Below are positions 10,247 to 16,965 of a stretch of DNA of 16,965 nucleotides, in pieces. The notes under the pieces are model-generated. The model made no database searches. It was given only the letters and a program-made list of their open reading frames with translations, and had not been told where the DNA came from. Positions within the stretch are counted from its first letter, which is position 1; each line of letters begins with the position of its first letter. The position numbers and the translations under genes are program-made. Source of the stretch: Piromyces finnis finn (lineage: Eukaryota; Fungi; Neocallimastigomycota); contig MCFH01000206.1 of the NCBI GenBank assembly GCA_002104945.1, forward strand, positions 1 to 16,965, written 5' to 3'.

Positions 10247-11889
10247 ATATATTTATAATGAATTTAAATATTAAACCAAAAAATATTATACATTAATGAA
10301 TTTGTAAAAAAAAATTATTCTTGTATTTTTTTTAATTGTTTAAAGATAAAGATAAAAACCATAGTATAATGAAAAATATATTATAATACAAAAAAAAGAA
10401 AGGATAGTTTTAAACTTATTTATAATGTAAATAGTGATGTATTATAATATTATTTTAAGAAAAAATACTACAAAATGTATATATATGTAATCAATTGAAT
10501 TTATATTTTATATATAAATTTAAAGATTATTATATTATTTTACTAACAAAATTGTTGTATTTTTAATTCTTGAAAAGGAAAAAAAATTAAAAAAAATAAA
10601 AGAATATTTATGTATAAAAAATAAAAGTTTTATATATTGAAAAATTATTAAATTTTTATTTTTTTTTAAAAAAATATTAATTCAAAAGGTAAAACTAAGA
10701 AAATGTTTTTAGTTTATAGTTATTATATATTTAATATTTTTACTTAGAAAATTAAGATTGGAAATGAAAATGAAAGGATTTATTATTATTTATTTTCAAA
10801 TATTTTTAAATTATTTTTCAATTTATGTCCTAAGGGATTACTCTTTAAATTATAATTATTGCTTTAAAAGAACTTTTATTGATTATTTTTAACATTATAA
10901 TTATTTACAAAATATAAAGTTTATTCTTATTACTTTCTTTTTTTATTAGAATATATTAAATAAAAAAAGTAGATTTTCTGTTATCAATAAGTTTTCTCAT
11001 GTTTCTTCTATTATAAAATTTATAATTACTTTTTTTTTATATTTCCTTTTTTTATTTTTTTTTTATTTCATTTTTTTATTTTATAAAAATAAATATTATA
11101 TTTTTTTTTATTATTTTATTTTTTTATTTTATAAAATTTATTATTCGGAAAGAGATCCGCTTATATAAATTTTAATAAAAAATATTGGAAACAAAAAAAA
11201 AGAAAAAAAAATTTTTTTTTGTTTCCAATATTAAAAAATTTTTTTTCGGTAAAATAATTATTATTATTATTTTTTTTTTTTTTAATTTTAATGTATAAAT
11301 TGAAAAATCAAATTTTTATTTGCATTTTTTATGGTTTCTAAAAAAAAAAGAAAGAAAGAATAAAGCAATAATAAAAAAGAAATAAAATAATTCTAATTCT
11401 TTTTATCAATTTATTGTTATTGAAATATTCAAATAATCAAAAATAATCTTTTTAATAAAACAAATAAATTTATTATTACTAATTAATTATTATTATTTTA
11501 AAATAATTGATTGTTTGTTTGTTGGTTTTTTTTTTCATATTAAATTAAATGCTGATGAATTTTGAATATTAAACATACTTCTAACTTTAGTTTTTTCTTT
11601 TCTTTTAATTGTAATTTCACCATAATAATTTTTTTTGTAGTTTTTATGGTGGGTGGGGTTAAAAGTTTTTTATTTTCCTTTTTTTTAAGTATATTTTTTA
11701 ATAAAATGAAAATTTTTGAAAAATATAAATTTTACATGAGATTTTGAAAATTTTAAAAAGTCATAAAACAATAAAATAATTATTAGTTTAATAATAAATA
11801 TTTTATTTAAAACCCATTTTGTATAATAGTGTATATATTTAAAATCATTATTTATTGTAGAATAGAAAAAATCAACAAAATAGAAAAAA

Positions 11890-14800
11890 ATGCTTGGCAA
11901 GAATATTTTAAGGTTTCTAAATCATCATTCTTATTATGACTATGAAAATGAATAGTTTATTCATAAACTAATGATATATATATATTTTATAATTATTCAC
12001 TGAAAAAACATAAAAACTAACATGTATATTTACATATATATTTAAAAAATATAAATTTAAAAAATATATTTTTTACAGTATCATTGGTTTATTATTTGTT
12101 GGTCGTACCTTAGCACAACAAAGTAAATATAAGAAATATTAATAAGAATTAATATACCAAAAAAAAATAATAAAAAACTAAAATGGTTTATTTTTTGAAT
12201 TTATAATTTAATAAATAAAGGTAATGCTTTACCAGCATGTGAAGATATTTCAAGTCGTCAAGAGAGAAGAAGAGCATTTAATAGTGACAATTGTAATAGT
12301 GCTGGTAAAACTGTATCATACTGTATAGATTCAGGTAAAATATACGACGTAACTTCTTTAGAAATTTTGCATGTAAATCATCACAATTTACTGGAGGTGT
12401 TCATGTTTTCATGAATGGAGGAGATGTTGGAATAAGTGAAATTAATTTAACTGGTGAAAATTCAAATCCAATTGGAGAAGGAAATGATGAAAAATTATCT
12501 ATGTATCTTTGTGATAATAAAAGTGTTTGTAAACAAACTGAAGGTTATATTAAAGTAAGTTATGGTACTGAAGAACAAAATAAAAAAGAAGACTATTACG
12601 AAATTAAATTGAATTCCAGTAAAAAAGCAGAAAAAGTTACTGATAAATGTGATGGAAACATAGAATTGGTTTACAATCTTCTACTTATGGTGTTTGTTTA
12701 TCTGTAAAAGGTGAAAGTGTTGAATTTGGTGCAGAACAAAATTATATCTTAGATGGTACATTAGCTAGTGATTCAATCTTTAAATCTGTTGCTAATAATA
12801 AAGATGGTATTGTTTTAACTCGTGATGTAAGCAAAATTTATTTCAATAATATTTATACTGGTAAGTATTCACAATTAATATAAAATTAAAAAAATATATA
12901 TATAAAGATATTTAATTTAATTTAATCAAAATAATTAATCATCATTAAAAAATAATATTTATTCATAAAATAAATAGATGAAGAATTTTGTCAATATCAA
13001 GATAAGAAAATAATCAAAAGAAAAGAACAATTTGTTAGTGGTACCATTTTAAATACCTTATACGATTGTGCAGATGGTGTTTGTGATATATCTAAAGTTC
13101 CTGAAAATGTTGGTTAGTATTTAAATATATATTAGATTAAAATTTATTATAATAAAAAGCAATTTTCAAAGAGTACAATATTAATTGAAAAATAAATATT
13201 TTATTAATAATGGTAATTAGAAAATGGAAATTATTTAGTAGATGGTATAATTTATAATCGTTCAGGTGCTGAAATTGAAAAACTAACTGAATCAGGAATT
13301 TTTGCATTCAAACAAAATGATAATGATGATATTACTTATAGTAATTATTAAGATCATTTGATTCATTAAGTAAAGATGATCTTGGTTCAGTTTATCTTTA
13401 TGATTGTGTTAATGGAGTATGTACCCGTACCTCTGGTTTTATAAAATATGGTACAAGTACTAATGGATCAATAGCTTTAGCCGAATGTACTAAAGAAAGT
13501 GGATGTAAAACTTTAGATTCTGTAGATTGTACATCTGGAACTGGAAGATGGTAAAATTAATTTGGATGGAAATAATAACATGAATCTTTGTGTTTTAGGA
13601 TTATTATCTTCCTCAACTTATAATCTTATTGGTACTACAATGTATGAAACTAATTCAGACAAGAGTATTATTGGAGCAAAACAAAGTAAACTATGATATA
13701 AATATTTTTTTTTATTATTAAAAAATTTGTAAAAATATTATTTATTGAAATATTAATTAATACCAATTTTAATTTTTGTTATTTTAAATTTTTAATATGA
13801 AAATAATTTTTTTATAGCTGGTAGTTTCTTTAAGGAAGGTGAACTTAAAGTTTGTACTTCTGGTGTTTGTCAAAAACTAGAAGGTGCCGCTGGTTATTAC
13901 TTAAATTCTTATACAAATAATGAAGATGAAAGAAAAAAATTAATTTCCTGTACTAATGGTAGTTGTGAACTCAATGATCCAAAGAATGGTTACTACATCA
14001 ACAAAGATAGTACTAATTCTAAAACGGCAATTCTTTGTGATGCTACTCTTGATGGAGTTAGTTGTAAAGAAACTGTTCTTGCTACTAGTTGTACTAATAA
14101 TGCCAATAAACTTGTTTACGATAATAATTTCAAATATTGTGATGGTAATAATGTTAAAAGCATTCCAGGTGATTCTTCAACTGTTAATCTTTATGAAGTT
14201 AGTGATGTTAAAGAATCAGGAATTAATTATCCAATAGATTTCATTCAATCATCTTCAGGAAATAAGATGGTTATTCAAGTTAATCAATATTCAGTAACTC
14301 AATATATTAATGATGATCGTAAATATTAAATATAAGAAAAATAATATAATTTATTATTGTATTATTTATTAATATTTAAAAATTTTATTAAATATTATTT
14401 TTGTTTTTTAGTATTCTGTATTAACGGCGATGTAAAGAAAAATGAATGTGTAAATGGAGATACCGGGATTAAATGTGATGATGCTAAAAAAGTTGTAAAA
14501 TCTTTATTGTTGGAGCATGTGATCTTAAAGATATAAATGAAACTGTAATTTTATATTAATTATTTTATTATAAATTATATAAAAATTAAATTAACTAATT
14601 TATAAAAAAATATGATTAAATAATAGGTGATGGATACTATGTTAATGAAAGTAATAAATTACAAATGTGTGCTGTTGATAATGCAGAAAATAAAATTAAC
14701 TGTAATGATGTTACTAAAATTGGTTACTTCAAAAACGATAGAGCTAAAACCTACATTAAATGTATTACTGATGGATCACAAACACAAACAATTAAATGTG

Positions 14801-15317
14801 AAGAACTTGAACAATTAGGAAGTACTTGTAGTAGTGTTGGTGACTTAATTAAAGATGAAAGTGATAATGTAAAACTTTGTGTTGAAAGTAATAATGGTAA
14901 TGCTATTACTATATTCACAAATGAAGATTCCAAAAAATACTTTATCAAGGCATCTGGATTAAATTCTAGTATTACTGATGAACAAAAAAAGCATTACATA
15001 GTTAATGTCGCTGAAAATGAAGTTTTAACTGAAACTGCTGATTCTGGTAATTAAATAATATTTTTAAAATGAATAATAAAACTTTTTATAAAGATGATAT
15101 AAAAAAAAAACTAATTCAATGAAAATTTTATTATTATTATTATTATATTTTTTTTTTAAAAAAATAGAATACAAGAAATATAAATATATAAAAAGTACTG
15201 GTACTCCAGCTATTTTAGTTAAGGGTGAACAAAAGGTATTACTACAGGTGAATTAGTTGAATTTACTAAAAGTAAAGATAATGATAATACTTATGAAAAG
15301 AAAATATTTCTCAATAA
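11890..15317 (+). CDS. Scaffoldin-like protein, copy 3 (same 9-exon structure; frameshifted as sequenced). Exons: 11890-11912, 12079-12122, 12221-12860, 12978-13112, 13221-13685, 13818-14318, 14412-14544, 14627-15046, 15168-15317
   Basis: Colinear with copy 1. Exons 4, 6 and 8 are fully open, and exon 8 is identical in protein to copy 1. Single-nt indels lie at ~12362, ~12660, ~13345 (giving TAA at 13349-13351), ~13545 (+1), ~14490, ~14541, ~15232 and ~15300. The homologous stop is at 15315-15317. Confidence 0.72.
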
Positions 15318-15934
15318 ATATATTTATAATGAATTTAATATTAAACCAAAAAATATTATACATTAATGAATTTGTAAAAAAAAATTATTCTTGTATTTTT
15401 TTTAATTGTTTAAAGATAAAGATAAAAATTATATTATTATATAATTAGTTTAAAGAAAAAAATATATTATAATACAAAAAAAAGAAAGGATAGTTTTAAA
15501 ATTATTTATATGTAAATAGTGATGTATTATAATATTATTTTAAAAAAAAAATACTATAAATAATATATATATATATATAATCAATCGATTTATATTTTAT
15601 ATATAAATTTAAAGATTATTATATTATTCTACTAACAAAATTATTGTATTTTTTAATTCTTGAAAAGGAGAAAACATTAAAAAAATAAAAGAATATTTAT
15701 GTATAAAAAAATAGAAATTTTATATATTTAAAAATTATTAAATTTTTATTTTTATTTTTTAAGAAAATGTTAATTCAAAAGGTAAAACTAAGAAATGTTT
15801 TTAGTTTTTAGTTATTATATATTTAATATTTTTACTTAAAAAATTAAGATTGGAAATGAAAATGAAAGGATTTATTATTATTTATTTTCAAATATTTTTA
15901 AATTATTTTTTCAATAATGGCCTAGGGATTACTC

Positions 15935-16965
15935 TTTAAATTATAATTATTGCTTTAAAAGAACTTTTATTGATTATTTTTCACATTATAATTATTTACA
16001 AAATATAAAGTTTATTCTTATTACTTTCTTTTTTTATTAAAATATATTAAATAAAAAAAGTAGATTTTCTGTTATCAATAAGTTTTCTCATGTTTCTTCT
16101 TTTATTATAAAATTGTAATTACTTTTTTTTTATTTATTTATTTTTTTTTTTATTTTTTTATTATTTTATTTTTTTTTTATAAAAATAATATTATATTTTT
16201 TTTATTATTTTATTTTTTTATTTTAAAAAAATAAATATTATATTTTTTTTATTATTATATTATTTTTTTATTTTATAAAATTATTATTCGGAAATAGATC
16301 CGCTTCTATTAATTTTAATAAAAAATATTGGAAACAAAAAAAAGAAAAAAAAATTTTTTGTTTCCAATATTAAAAAATTTTTTTTGGTAAAATAATTATT
16401 ATTTTTTTTTTTTTTAATTTTAATGGATAAATTGAAAAATCAAATTTTTATTTGCATTTTTTTATGGTTTCTAAAAAAAAAAAAAAAAAAGAAAGAATAA
16501 AGCAATAATAAAAAAGAAATAAAATAATTCTAATTCTTTTTATCAATTTATTGTTATTGAAATATTCAAATAATCAAAAATAATCTTTTTAATAAAAACA
16601 AATAAATTTATTATTACTAATTAATTATTATTATTTTAAAATAATTGATTGTTTGTTTCATTTTTTTTTTTCAAATTAAAATAAATGCTGATGAATTTTG
16701 AATATTAAACATACTTCTAACTTTAGTTTTTTCTTTTCTTTTAATTGTAATTTCACCATAATAATTTTTTTTTGTAGTTTTTTGGTGGGTGGGTTAAAAG
16801 TTTTTTATTTTCCTTTTTTTTAAGTATATTTTTTAATAAAATGAAAATTTTTGAAAAATAATAAATTTTGCATGAGATTTTGAAAATTTTAAAAAGTCAT
16901 AAAACAATAAAATAATTATTAGTTTAATAATAAATATTTTTTAAAACCCATTTTGTATAATAGTG
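15935..16965 (+). promoter_or_regulatory. Upstream/promoter region of a fourth array unit (gene outside the window)
   Basis: Colinear with 793-1708, including the CGG box, the hairpin and the GGTGGGTGGG box. Confidence 0.8.

Larger units (their letters stand above)
793..16965 (+). repeat. Tandem array of ~5.0-5.1 kb units: 793-5800, 5801-10843, 10844-15934 and 15935-16965 (partial; fourth ATG expected just beyond the window end)
   Basis: Each unit begins TTTAAATTATAATTATT(A/G)CT, and landmarks recur in the same order. ATGs are at 1766, 6841 and 11890; CGG boxes are at 1032, 6102, 11146 and 16289. The window ends at CCCATTTTGTATAATAGTG, which lies ~58 nt before the ATG in unit 1. Confidence 0.95.

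Noticed and set aside
793-16965. Tandem multi-kb unit as an rDNA array or a CRISPR-like repeat
   Set aside because: No rRNA-like sequence and no short repeat-spacer pattern; the units encode spliced proteins.

Overview
Extremely AT-rich eukaryotic DNA, most likely from an anaerobic gut fungus (Neocallimastigomycota); the taxon is inferred from composition, A/T-ending codons, short AT-rich GT-AG introns and the protein motifs. The window is a head-to-tail tandem array with a ~5.0-5.1 kb unit: three complete copies and the upstream region of a fourth. Each unit holds a 9-exon, plus-strand gene for a secreted Cys-rich scaffoldin-like protein. Copy 1 (1766-5183) splices to an intact 828-aa ORF with a signal peptide and GYY-N...LI-C...C repeats, but has no C-terminal membrane anchor. 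Copies 2 and 3 carry single-base frameshifts in homopolymers, either consensus errors or pseudogenisation. The array starts at a large inverted repeat (arms 1-~615 and ~772-1386), implying a mirror-image gene to the left. The upstream region of every unit conserves a CGG-N8-CCG box, an adjacent ~20-bp-stem hairpin and a GGTGGGTGGG box. Coding exons are mosaic between copies and look more diverged than the flanking non-coding DNA. I found no RNA genes, CRISPR arrays or transposases. Most ORFs in the supplied track are exon fragments or shadow ORFs.
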